DNA of 64,000 nt from Raillietiella orientalis. Taxonomy: Eukaryota. The notes under the pieces were generated by a model. The model was not told the DNA's origin. It did no database searches and saw nothing but the letters and a program-made list of their open reading frames with translations. Each line of letters starts with the position of its first letter. Positions within the stretch are counted from its first letter, which is position 1. Below, one piece after another: positions 48,416 to 59,499 of this stretch. A program made the translations under genes and the position numbers. The DNA lies in contig JAYWIR010000025.1 in assembly GCA_036172245.1 (NCBI GenBank), forward strand, positions 310,001-374,000, written 5' to 3'.

Positions 48416-51400
48416 GAGAGCGCGCAGTCTGCTCCTCCGCCCCGAAAGCGGGAGGCTTCCTGGGCGGAGGTTTTTTTCCGGGACTTCCTCGAAAGGGTGG
48501 ATGAAAGGGGCGAGAGGAAATCCTGTGGGACATTCCGGCCATCCATCGTGCTCTCCCGCCGCTCCCTGAGGTTCTTCCCACGGAAAAAAGCGAGGCGGCG
48601 ATGAATTTCCCTGGAGCCGAATTTTTTCCCCAGCAGGGCAGCCCACAGGCCGCGGAAGTTCCCGGCTCTTCTTCTCCCACCGATCAAAGTGGATGGGGAA
48701 TCCTTCCCGCGCAGCAGATAACGCCCGCGCTCCCATCCGTCTTCGCTCGCGAGCTCCGGGATGCTTCCGAGATGAGAGACGGGCAGCGACTTGGCTACGA
48801 GCGCACCGCCCACGGCGCGCGAAGGTGCGCCAGCAGGGAGCCGCGTCCCGTGCTGCTGCGTCCGCTGGGAGGGCGGGGAGAGGAGAGGAAGGGAAAGGAG
48901 AAGTAGGACTGCGGGAGAAGTCCCGGCTCCTGGAACTTCCGACCGCACAGCCTTCGCTCTCTTCCTCTCCCTCCCGATGAGCTCGTCTTCCGGAGGGAAG
49001 CGCAGCAAGGACGTGATGGCACCAGCCGCCGGGGTAACTTCGCGCGCGCAGAACTTTCCCAGGGCTGAGCGGGGAAAAAGGGGGGAAAACTCCTCGATTG
49101 CTTAGAGACGCGGCATCCGCTCGCCTCCCCCCTTCCCCATTACAGATAACTTTTCCCCTCTCGTTGCTGCTGCTGCTGCTTCTGCAACTCCGCGAGAGCC
49201 ACTCCCGCTGCACTTGCTGCGAGCATTCGCTCTTTCTCAAGATGGTCGGAAAAGTTTCCAAAGTCCCCAAGTTTGCCCTGCAGGGTTCCCGTTTTACTTC
49301 TTCTTCGGATGCGCTTAAACGCAACCTGCGTCCGCTTCTGGTCCGCTGGCCGTCTCAGACCTCACTAATTGAACGCGCTTGCGCTGGTCACGTTCGATCC
49401 TCAAGTTGGTGTTGACTCGACTGCCAGCTTGCTCGAGAAGAACTTTTCCTCGGCAAGCCTCCAGGCTGGGGCTGCTCAATTCGTGTGGCGCCTGGAGGCT
49501 GTCGGCATCTCCCGGTTCGAGAGTAGGAAGAGGCGGCTCTTGAATCAGCGCCAACGCCAGAGTTCCCGCAGGCCCGGAAGCGAGCAGGAGGCAGCAGCGA
49601 AGGCTGGAAGATGCTCGAAACGATGACGGTGTCGGCGACTCTGGGACCCCGATGCAGGAGGGTGAGAAGGAAGGGGTAGAAGGGTGCACCCCGAAAGAGG
49701 CCGGCGCCCGGAAAGAGCTGCCCAAGCTCGAGCGGGAATCCAGAAAATCCCAACACCCACACGAGGTTTTCAAGGCTGCCTTGGGGCGGACAACTCCCGT
49801 GGCAGCCGAGAAGTAACAGGGGCGAGGAAAGGAGGAGATGGATCTTGTCGGAAGGGAGAGCAGCCGAGGTCCCTGCCATCCCGACTGAGAGGCTGGCGGT
49901 CTTCTTCAGTCTTCGCTGCTGTTTTCCCGGGATTCTCCTCTCTGTAACCCGCTGCGGCGAGTTCCGGCGAGGTGAGAGGAGGCAGTGGAAGGGGGATCGT
50001 GGGTCCAGAGTCGCGTTTCCTTTCACGACCTGAAGCAGGTCGTCCAGAAGGTGCTCCCGGATGTCGCGAGCCCACAGCAGTCCATGTGGTTGCAGATGGT
50101 CCTCGAGATCGTCTTCAAGGTCACCGGGCTGCCGAGATCCGACTTTGTCCGGTACAAGTCCTCCTGGTCAGCGAGCCAGACGTTAATGTAGTGGTAGGCA
50201 GCCACAGGGACCATCACGGAGGTCAGGTCGTATGACGGGGATCGCTGAGGTTGCCGAGGACGGCGAAGGTCATTTCCGCAAGTTCCTGCCAAGAGATTCC
50301 GGTTGTTTTTGGAGTTCTAGCGGTCGTCTTCAGGTAGGCTGGGGCGAGTTGCCCTTGACAGGAATTCTAGAGGGGACATCCACCTTCTTGGGCAGCATCT
50401 ACATCTGAGGATTCTTTCCCGCATCTTCTCGGCTTCTCCTCTTCCAGGGGAGACGCCTTCCTCGCTCTTTGCACACCTGCAGGGATGGGCCAAGCGGACT
50501 GCGCAGGGGGAAGAGGGAGATCCACGCCAGGGTTCCTGGCGGACGTCCCACCGCCTCCCACGAGGCCCCGCAGCGTGGTCTGCTCCTCTCCGGGAGATCT
50601 GCATTTTGTGGTCCAGCCGTAACTGCGAACTTCCCCCTTCCCCCTTCTCCGTATCGGCGCGCGCCGGGGTGGGCGACGGGACTCGTTCGGGTGCACCTCC
50701 TTGCAGACCCCGAGCTCCTCGTCAGCTGTAAGATCGCTATGGAGACAGAGGCTCCTACTGGTCATTCCGCCGCTCGGGAGTTCTGGCGCGGCGGGTGCGC
50801 GAAGCCCGAATTAAAAAGGAAGCAGAACCCGTGCCCCCCTTCCGGTCGGGCTGGTCGGCAACACGACAGAGCGTGTTGAGAGCTCAAGAGAAGCCGCAAG
50901 CAGCTCTCCCAACGCAGGGCGAGGATGAATCCACTCATTCTGCGTGTCGAGCCTCAACAAGAGGAGCCTCCCACGCACCAGCCTTGGCAAGGCCGCTTCG
51001 CGACTGGTGACACCCTTGAGGGAAGGTGGGGGACGACGGAAACTGCAGGCTCCTCTGAGGTTTCCGCAAAGGGCTTCCTCGATCTCCCTCCCTTTGCTCC
51101 CCATCCTCCACGTCACAGGAGGGCCTCTGCTCCTCCCGGCATGGAGGAGCGCCTGCCGTCATGAAAGTGAAGTTGCGTTCGTTGCCCGCTTGCCGCGGAA
51201 GGGGAATAGCCAGGGTGCATCATCGCCGGATCGAGAGCTGGCTTCACTTCCCCTTCTGCAAACTCCGAGGCTCTCCCTGCCTGGACACCGACTTTCCCTT
51301 CGTCCTCCTTAGCCTCTGACCGGGCAACAACGTGAATGCGCGAACGTCTTCTCTCTCTCCCGAGGTCCCAGTCTTCTCGCGAACCCTCCTACCGAGGCGA

Positions 51401-51496
51401 TTTGCACGCTTCTCCCTGCCTTTCCCAGCGGGAGTTCGAGAAACACTGCTTCCCCTGTTTCCGCTCTTCCCGAAGGAGGAACCGGATTTCCGTTCC

Positions 51497-52097
51497 CTCC
51501 ATCACCAGAGAATCACCTTCAGGTCAGGGGACACTTCGGAAGGAGACCATCCTGTGGACTCAGGAAGGGCTTCATAGGAAGGAGTCCGTTTTCCTTACTC
51601 TTGGGAGGGAACTTCGAAGGGAACGATTGCCCTCATTATCTTCAAAGGGGTACTCTAGAAGGGACGACTCCTCGTTTCTTCTTTGAAGGGAATCCGCTCC
51701 TGAATTCCTTCTCTGAAGGGCCGCTACCCGGGGGGAGCAGCACGCTTCTTCACACTGGAGAGGTGCAATCAAACCACCAGCCTCATGGTACGAGAGCGAG
51801 GGTCCCTCCCCTCGAGGAGGAAGACGGCTTCATTGTCCCAACTGGAGGGAAACCCGAAAAGGCTCCTTGGTTTCTGGAAGGATCCCAAAGAGCCAACTTG
51901 CAATCCCGTCCAGTCAACGGGAGCATCCTGCATCTGCCAGTGCCACCGCATCCGAAGACTTCGAGCCAACTGGCGTCATCCTGCGAGGGAAGGGAGCTCA
52001 AAACCCACGGCGTGCCCTCATTTTCGGCGTCCATCCTTCCCCGGGCGGGATTCGAACCCGCGACTCTTGGTAGTGCCGCGTGCTGCCAACGCGGCCA
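51497..52097 (-). mobile_element. tRNA-headed SINE-like element, copy D
   Basis: A-box-like tggccgcgttgg and B box ggttcgaatcc (52048-52058); shared body. Confidence 0.8.
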
Positions 52098-52104
52098 TTT
52101 ATTT

Positions 52105-53465
52105 TGGTCGATCCCACTGATGCTGCTCGATTGTGTGCCAGAGGTCGTGTCACCTTCGATTTGTTGCCGCGCAAAGCGGCGGCTCCCTCGCTCCTGCACA
52201 CCTCTACCGTGGTGCGCACCCGCACGGCTCCTCACCAGAAGAGAGACCGGCTGCAAAGGATTGACCTCGACCCTCGTGGCCATCGACACCAGCCTGAGGC
52301 AATATGACCATCAGTTGCGTCGAATGGTTGCCTTGGTGCAGGAGAATAGCTGGATCTCCCCGCGAACTGCACTTCCTGGCTTCAGGAGGCAGTCTCCGCA
52401 TGGGGAAAGACCCATGGCTCGAGAGAGGAGGAATGCACCTGCCTGCCTTCGAAAAGGGAGGTACGCTCGACAGTCCCTGCGGGAGATCGTGTGCAACCCA
52501 GACCGCAAACTACTGTTGGTCTCATCCACATCCCCTTGCCTTAGTACTGCCCTCCCTGAAAAACTCTTGGGACAGCGACCTCCCAGCAAGATGGGAAGCA
52601 TCCTGCCGTATCCAAGGCAGGAAAAAAATTTTAAGCGCGTAGACAACTAGGCAGCTAGCAAATGCTGCGACCCCGTGGGTTCCACCGAATGTCACGCTGC
52701 TCACGATACCTCCGGAGGTGGAGAAGTCACCCCAGCGGGTTGAGACAGTGTCACCCTCCCCCTTAGGTGGCAGAAGTGGCGTTGCGGTTATTGCATTGGG
52801 AGAATCTCATGCTTTGCAAGGCATGTTTTTCATGCTCCCTCGTTGGACACTTGGGAGTGTGAATGCCAGATGTGAAAGCTGCGGAGAGAAGAAGATCATC
52901 CCGCACTTATTAATAGACTGTGTTGGCCTCGGAGCCCTTTGGGATCGACTCGTCGATCCTTAATATCTCGGTAGGCGACCCTAAGAACATTTTCCGGCGC
53001 CTCTTCATGAGCGACGCCCTGCCGCCAGCCGCATCTCTAGCAGTGCTCTGCTATGTACGCGGACTCGTGACAAGCTGGTACATCCGAAGAAGGGGCTACA
53101 AGAGCAGGGATGCCATCCATTGGACGGCAATCTTCTTAAAGACCGCTTCCCTAGGGCCCCAAGTGCAACCAAAAAACATAAAACTTGTCAGCATCCCGAA
53201 CAGGATTCAGAGGACGTCTCACGGGGAACAGTGATTTCTTCCCCGCTCCCTTTCTCCGGAAAACTTCCTCATCCTCACCCTTTTTTTTCGTCTTTTTGTT
53301 TGCTCTTCTTTGGTTTTCCCTTCCCCTTCTCCGCTAGAGCGGACCTCATCGGTCTGCGTACAGGTTTTTGGCAAGTCCTTCGCGCATGATAGAACCACAT
53401 GTTCTACCAAGATGTTTATTAACATTACGACTTTTATTGTGATTTTTTATAATAAATGCCCCGGA
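52105..53465 (+). mobile_element. 5'-truncated LINE (ORF2 C-terminal part and 3' UTR)
   Basis: LLTRRETGCKGL, DSDLPARWE, CESCGEKKIIPHLLIDC, DALPPAASLAVLCYVRG, T-rich UTR, AATAAA at 53451-53456. Confidence 0.75.
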
Positions 53466-54959
53466 AAATCCAAGTGATGAACCCTGGCCATCCCGAAATC
53501 CTTCTATCAGAACCAGAGGTCCTTTGGCACAGCCTCCTTGCCTTTCTGGAATTTGATGCAGCCGAACGAACACCGGAGAAGGTCCACGGGAGCTCACGTC
53601 CCCGCGCCAGTTTTTCTATCCAGGTGAGAAGATTCCGATTCCGAATCGGTCCCAGTCTCCTGGGAATGGCGTCTGCGTGCAAAGAGAACAAGCAAGACCC
53701 ACCACTTGGAGGAGACCCATGGAGTCCACTTGTCCACGAGTCCACTTCGGACTCGGTGCCACTACGCGGAAGCGGCGTGCGAAGTCCTGGACCTCCCGGA
53801 TCAATAAGCCGAGATTCCTTTGTTACGAGAGGATGTAATCAGCCATGATCAGAGGGTACTGAAACAACAGAGGACCCTGTTCGGCATCCCAAACATCCCC
53901 GTCGGACGCTCAGCTTCCTTATTGAGTTTCCTTCGGCCCTCATTGAAGCCCTCAATTTACAGGACCAGTATCTGGGAATCGAAAGTTTGGGCATCCAGCT
54001 TTTGCTGCCGGCTGGATAAGCGTGGAGGAGGATTTTGTACCTCGCGTGGCCGTCCGGTGGGAGACTGGACGCGCCCGCGCGAGAATGTCTTCCCAGAACG
54101 GGACCCTGAATTTTCTCTCCCGCTAATGCCGGAGCATCTGTTTTAGGAAAGATGAACCAGTTGGGAAGGCTCAATTCCCAACCAGAGACAAAAGAAGTTC
54201 AAGAGGAGGGTCCATCCACCTGCACGTGGGCCATGATGACAGAAAGTTCGGAACGGGAAAGGGGATCGGGGGACGACGGAAAAAATAAATTCGCTGGGAT
54301 GGGGTAGGGATCTTCGAGTTTGGGTACCGGGAACAAGAAAAAAAAACACCAGGAAAGTAACGGAGAGAATGGGGATGGGAAAACGAGAAAGAAAAAAAAT
54401 AAACGAAAGCAGGGGACAAGGGTCACCAGTGTCCGCCGCTCCTAACTATCCTCCAACCGGCTCTGGATGCCCCCGATCTCCTCCTTCACTTCTTTTCTCA
54501 GGCGAGACCACCTATCAGCCGTCCTCATGCAGCAGGCTGCTGCCATCCCGGCGATCTCCCTTCGCTGCTTGGTGGTCGTCCCGAGCACGTGGCGGGCCGC
54601 GACGATGGCACGGAGCAACCCGTGGTTGCGACCGCCGCGCCCGTCGAGAGTCCTCCCGGCGCGGAGAACCGTCGCACCGCATCTCGGGCTGATGCAAGAG
54701 TGCTGCCGCGAGCCTCCTCCTCCACAGTTCCTGGAGGGTAACTCAGTTCGAAAGCAGGTGCGGCAGGATCAACTTCGTCGACCTGCACCTGGAACAGTTC
54801 GGGGATGCGACTCCTGCAGGAGCGCGCAGTGCCGCCGCTCGTTGCACTGGAATCCCCAATGCAGGAAGAGCAGCACGGCCTGTCTCCAGGGGAGTGAGAA
54901 CACACAAGTGTCCAGGCAATGGGGAGGAACCACGATTTTTCCGGGGGCAGTTCTTAGAA

Positions 54960-55005
54960 GATCCGGGATCCGGAAATCGGATCCCGGATCGCGCGGGATC
55001 CGATT
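54960..55005. repeat. Three alternately inverted copies of a 12-13 bp motif
   Basis: gatccgggatccg (54960-54972) pairs with 54978-54990; aatcggatcccg (54975-54986) pairs with 54994-55005. Confidence 0.9.
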
Positions 55006-56499
55006 GTGCGGACGTGTCTTATCCAAAGTGCCCAGCGGGCAGCTCGGCGGCGGCGGTGGCAAAATGCAGGCTGGGAAGCCACGCGTCTTCCTGGGAGCCG
55101 CGCCGGGGAGGTGTTGCGCGGCCCAAGAAACCCAGGGCGGTGTAAGTCCTGAGATAAGGGAACCCAGGGATGCGGAGAGGTACGCACTCCTTGTTCCCAG
55201 TGCGAAGACGCTTGCGAGCATTTTTTTTTGCTTCTTGTTTTCCTTTTCAGGCCCAGAACTGACCGAATGGCGAAAGGAGTGCCCGGTATGGAGGAGGAGG
55301 GTAACGCACACGGATTGCGTTCGGTGGTTCCACAAAGGCATGATGGACAGGGTCCTGCGGGAGCTTCCGTTGGGATCGTGTGGCACTTCCCCGACGCGCG
55401 CTTGGCTACCGGGATGGTGCATTTCTTTCCACTCACCTCACATCTGTGGCGAGAGAAATGCGGCGGGCTTGCAGGAGCCATCTGGGTCTGTTCCGTGGAT
55501 CTTCTCAGCCCCATGGAATGCGAAATGCGGATCCCCCCGCTTCGCTCTCTGCCCGTTTCCGGCTCTTCAGCTTGGCGGGTAGTTCGGATGGGCTGGAAGG
55601 GCCCGACCTCCTTCTGCGGTTGCGCAAGAGCAGCGCAAAGTCTCACTGGCCAGAAATGAAAGTGCGCCCGGGATCACCCGAGCTTAGCGGATGGCGGGCT
55701 GCAACCTGATTATCCCGAAGTGGGGAGCGTCCCCCTGCGAACCCCTTCCATATTTCACGCTCAGACTTCTTCGTCGAGGATAGACTTTGAGAGGGAAGGA
55801 GGAAAAAAACTTTCTGAAGAGCAGCAGCTCCGAAGTGCGGGGTTTCCTGCGATGCTCCCGAGGAGGGCATCCCTTGGAATGGCTGGGCTCTCCGATCGGC
55901 AAATGGATCTCTTATGAGCCTTCTTTCGATGGAAGGCGGCGGGCGCAAGCCGCTTGAGCTTCGAGGGAGGGGGGAAGGGGGGAACGGCTTCCGAGGATGA
56001 CAAAGCTCTTCTGGGAGTGAACTGGAGTGAAGTCAGCAGATGATGGGCGTTACCGGAGGAATTAATAAATTACCCATCTTAACTAGGATCTTCCTGGTAT
56101 TGGGGGACCGACGGCACGTTTGCTCTTGAAGTTCGTTCGATCAGTTGATCGCAGCCGGATTTATCCTGGATTTCGTAAAACCAAATGGAGGTCCCCCTCT
56201 AGACGAAAGGATCGATAGCAACAGGATCAGTCTGCCTCCCTTTCCTGTCCAGCAGTGCTTTTGGGAGGCAGGTTGCTGCCCGTCGTGCTCAAAGCAGCCG
56301 CCCAGCGCCCGTGAAAGGCTGAGAAAACCCAAAGGTCACCACCGCCACGAGCGGATCGGGCGTTTGCGTGCTTTGTGTGCCAAAAAAAAAAAAAAAAGAA
56401 GGGGGGGAGGGCCACGACACGAGCACACGACCAGCCTTCAGTCAACAGCTCGAGCGCTGCGTCGGGCAAGTGAAAGTGAGGGGAGGGAACGAACAAGAC

Positions 56500-59400
56500 T
56501 CCGAGGTCCATAAGCAGGAACCCGGATGAAGATCTTTTGCCTCGATCCCCCACGCCAGCTTGAACTCGCGTCCTTCTTTGGACGTTGGGGCGGAGTTGTT
56601 TGGAACGCCTTCACGAGAAGTTGACGAAGAGGAGCTAAGAAACCGGAAATCCTTCCGGGAGTCTGTGAACCGTGGTGCGGCATCACTTTCTGCAGAAAAG
56701 AATGCACTCCGAGAATACCGAAAACGGTGCAAACGGAGGACAGGAACGGAAATCCTTTCAAGTTCTTCCTTTTCACTGTTCACTTTCCAGTTTTTTTCTT
56801 TCCGGATTTTCTTTTTTCTTTTTTTTCGTCCTTAAGGAGTACTGAAGGACCTTTGAGCGCCTAATGTGGCCTGGTTCCGGAATGAGTTGGTTGGAAGTGA
56901 GCGGTGCCCATTTCTCGAGAACTGCTCCTTGATCTACTCCCCTACTTCATCGTATCGTTCAATGGCCATCGTAGTATCTGGTACGGCGGCTTAGGATGTG
57001 GCGTAGGGATTGCTACTGTGTTCTATATCTTCAGCACATTCGGTCAGCTCCATTCCTGGTGGATGACGCTTGCACAGACTGGAGTTTCAATCAATTCGCA
57101 TGCACGAATTCGTAGTGTTCTCTCGCCCTCCTTAGGCTAAGGGGTCAAGATGCTCTTCAGCACTTGTCCACGCCATTCGAGGGTGCGTGCGACTCCTCAA
57201 GTTATAGGAAGCATTTCGGGAGGGGACCTTCCTATGAATCCAGGAAGGCTCTGGAGGAAGGAGTCCTTTCCTCTTGCGCTTGGGAGGGAACCGCGAAGGC
57301 AATCATCTCTTCCTGATCCTCTCCAGAGCGGTCTACAAGAAGGGACTACCGGAGGAGGGAAGGACAACTCCTTGTTTCTTCTCCGAAGGGACGCTTCCAA
57401 ATCTCTCTGCTTCTGACACTCTGTAGAGGCATCCCCCCCCTGGACTCGTAAACCCAAGACGCACCCATTTCTGGTGTCAATCCTTCCCCAGGTGGGATTC
57501 GAACCCTCGATGCTTGCTATCACGCACGGAGCATCCGTAGCGACGCGGCCGCCAGCGCAGGCCGACTTTCAGCAATGGCACCAGGCAACCAGGAATCAGA
57601 GGCTGCAGGATTTTCGAACTATGCAACACGAAATTACCTTAGAGCAGAGGATAGTTTCGGAACAAATTATAGATCTCTTAACTGTCGACCGAAGCGAAAC
57701 ACCAACTCCGCCTTAGCGGAAGGGTTAACAAAAAGACAAGACCGTTCTTGAATCCCTCCCCCCTTCCCCCGCAATCAGCAATGAAAAACTCATTACAAAG
57801 CTCAAGATGAGCGTGTTTGGAATTTTTAGATTCTTGCACCTCCTCTGGGTTGGCAAAATCTTCAAAGTAAAACGGGTAGTTCCGTGAGCACTCCAAGGCA
57901 AGATGGCTTGAACAAAGGAACGGAGATTTCTGGGGAGTTTCCATCGGTGGAGGTTGATGGTACAGTGGCCTCCTCAACCGTGCCGAATAAAAAGGAAGAA
58001 CATGTCACCTTTGGGAGGGGCCGAACGATACCTTTTTTTTCGTCTCCAGAGATGCTCAAACGCCAGCGTTACAAAGGCGGAGAGAAATCCTTTGATAAGG
58101 TCGAATGGTCTCACGGAATCGAGCAAGAGGAACCTGTAGGCAGATGCAAACAATTCTAACGGTCCATCTAGAGCAGTGGTCGCACTCCAGAACCGTGTTA
58201 TGTAGACGAACATCGGCATCCTATTCCGAATAAGGTGTTGGACGACAGCTAAGCGCTCATTGATGAAAATCCGAAAGACTTGGAACTCGAAGAGAGCATT
58301 CAAGAAACCTTTGGAGCTCAAATCCAAAGGGAGTATCCTCCAAAATTCCACTAGAAGTGAGCTCGTGGGTAGCAGCATTTAAATGAACACCTCGGAGGAG
58401 GAGCATTCAAGCATTTTTATCGAAAGCAAGCAAGAAGGCGGAATCTGCGATGCATTTAAGAATTGTCTTTCTGGAGCAAAATCCGACAGCTGAAATGGTT
58501 TCGAGAAAACATCAAATCCACAAAGAATTTTTGAAAAAAATCCTTCTCTTTGTGTTTTTTGGCCTTCCCTTGGAAAAGATGCTGTTGCTTCGAGTACAAA
58601 ACTTCTCCAGAAATGTATCCATTCACAATTCAGTAACCCTATGGACGGTCCCCTGAGTTCCGCTTTTCACGCGAATCCATGGAACTCTTTTGCGCTAGCA
58701 GATCTCTGGTCTTCACGACTTGTCTGCTCGGTCGTTTCCCCTCGAAAGGAAAGCAAAGTATCTTTCGGACGGCTGCTTGGAGGCAGAGTGAATAAATCGA
58801 ATCAGATCGGACCCCGAAATGAGATTCGGAGGCAATTAGCGGTGCCTTCGTGAAATCCACTTTCTCTGGTTCCTGGGAGATGAGCGGCTTTCTTCTGCTC
58901 CTTTGGGAAGCACATGCTGTTTCTGGAGCTGCACACGTCCCGGATCTCACCGAGTCGGCCGCGGGCGTCTTTGCGAGCCAATGAGCGTTGCCTCCCCGTC
59001 ACACAGGGAAATCAACAAGTCTTCAGATCTACTTCCGGGTTTCCAATTTAGTTAAACAAAATGGCCGCCCATCCCTTTTCAAAAGAAAAAAAAAAAACTC
59101 CTTTACCATGTTTCGAATGTCTGGATGAACAGTCGGCTCAACAGCTTCAAGATCATGCTCTATAACAGGAAGAGTATAGCTCCTCTCTTTGAGAGGTGCA
59201 ACCATGGGCAAGGGCGTCGGTGGGCCACTTGAAAATGACCATCGAAATGCAGCACGAACCCCCTCCCTCGGACGTAACCGAGTGTCCCAACGCACGTTGT
59301 AACACAACACCGGTTACACCGGGGCTTTCGCTCGGAAGAAAGTAAAAGGACAGAGGCAGAGACTGAGACAGAGACACCGGTTCTCGGTAAAAGTACAAGG
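56500..59400 (-). pseudogene. DENN-domain plus TKL-kinase gene remnant, interrupted by SINE copy E
   Basis: cDENN-like RCLCLSLCLCPFTFFR and YTLPVI; dDENN-like FFSKILCGF and FLNALFEFQVFRIFINERL; kinase-like VIHQEWS*PNVL, MGTAHF and LRQLLVKAFQTTPPQRP. Candidate GT-AG intron at 59029-59106. Confidence 0.55.
57142..57558 (-). mobile_element. tRNA-headed SINE-like element, copy E (shortest)
   Basis: B box ggttcgaatcc (57495-57505); head starts gcgctggcggcc as in copy A; shared left end. Confidence 0.8.
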
Positions 59401-59499
59401 AATCCTGAATGCGCTAAAGAGAAGCCATCTAAACTGCCAGTGAGGTCCGCTTCGGGGAATAAGGAGGAAGAGGAGTCAAGTCAGAAAACGAAAAAATAT

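Noticed and set aside
53870..54180. LRR-like fragments (IEALNLQDQYLG, SVLGKMNQLGRL)
   Set aside because: Too short and degenerate to call without a profile search.
33020..57558. The five B-box regions as functional tRNA genes
   Set aside because: No convincing acceptor stems, variable D and anticodon arms, no T-run terminator, and all share a long non-tRNA body.
7850..59400. Alternative genetic code or RNA editing as the cause of broken genes
   Set aside because: The disruptions include many frameshifts and different stop codons, which fits decay better than codon reassignment; only RNA data could fully exclude editing.
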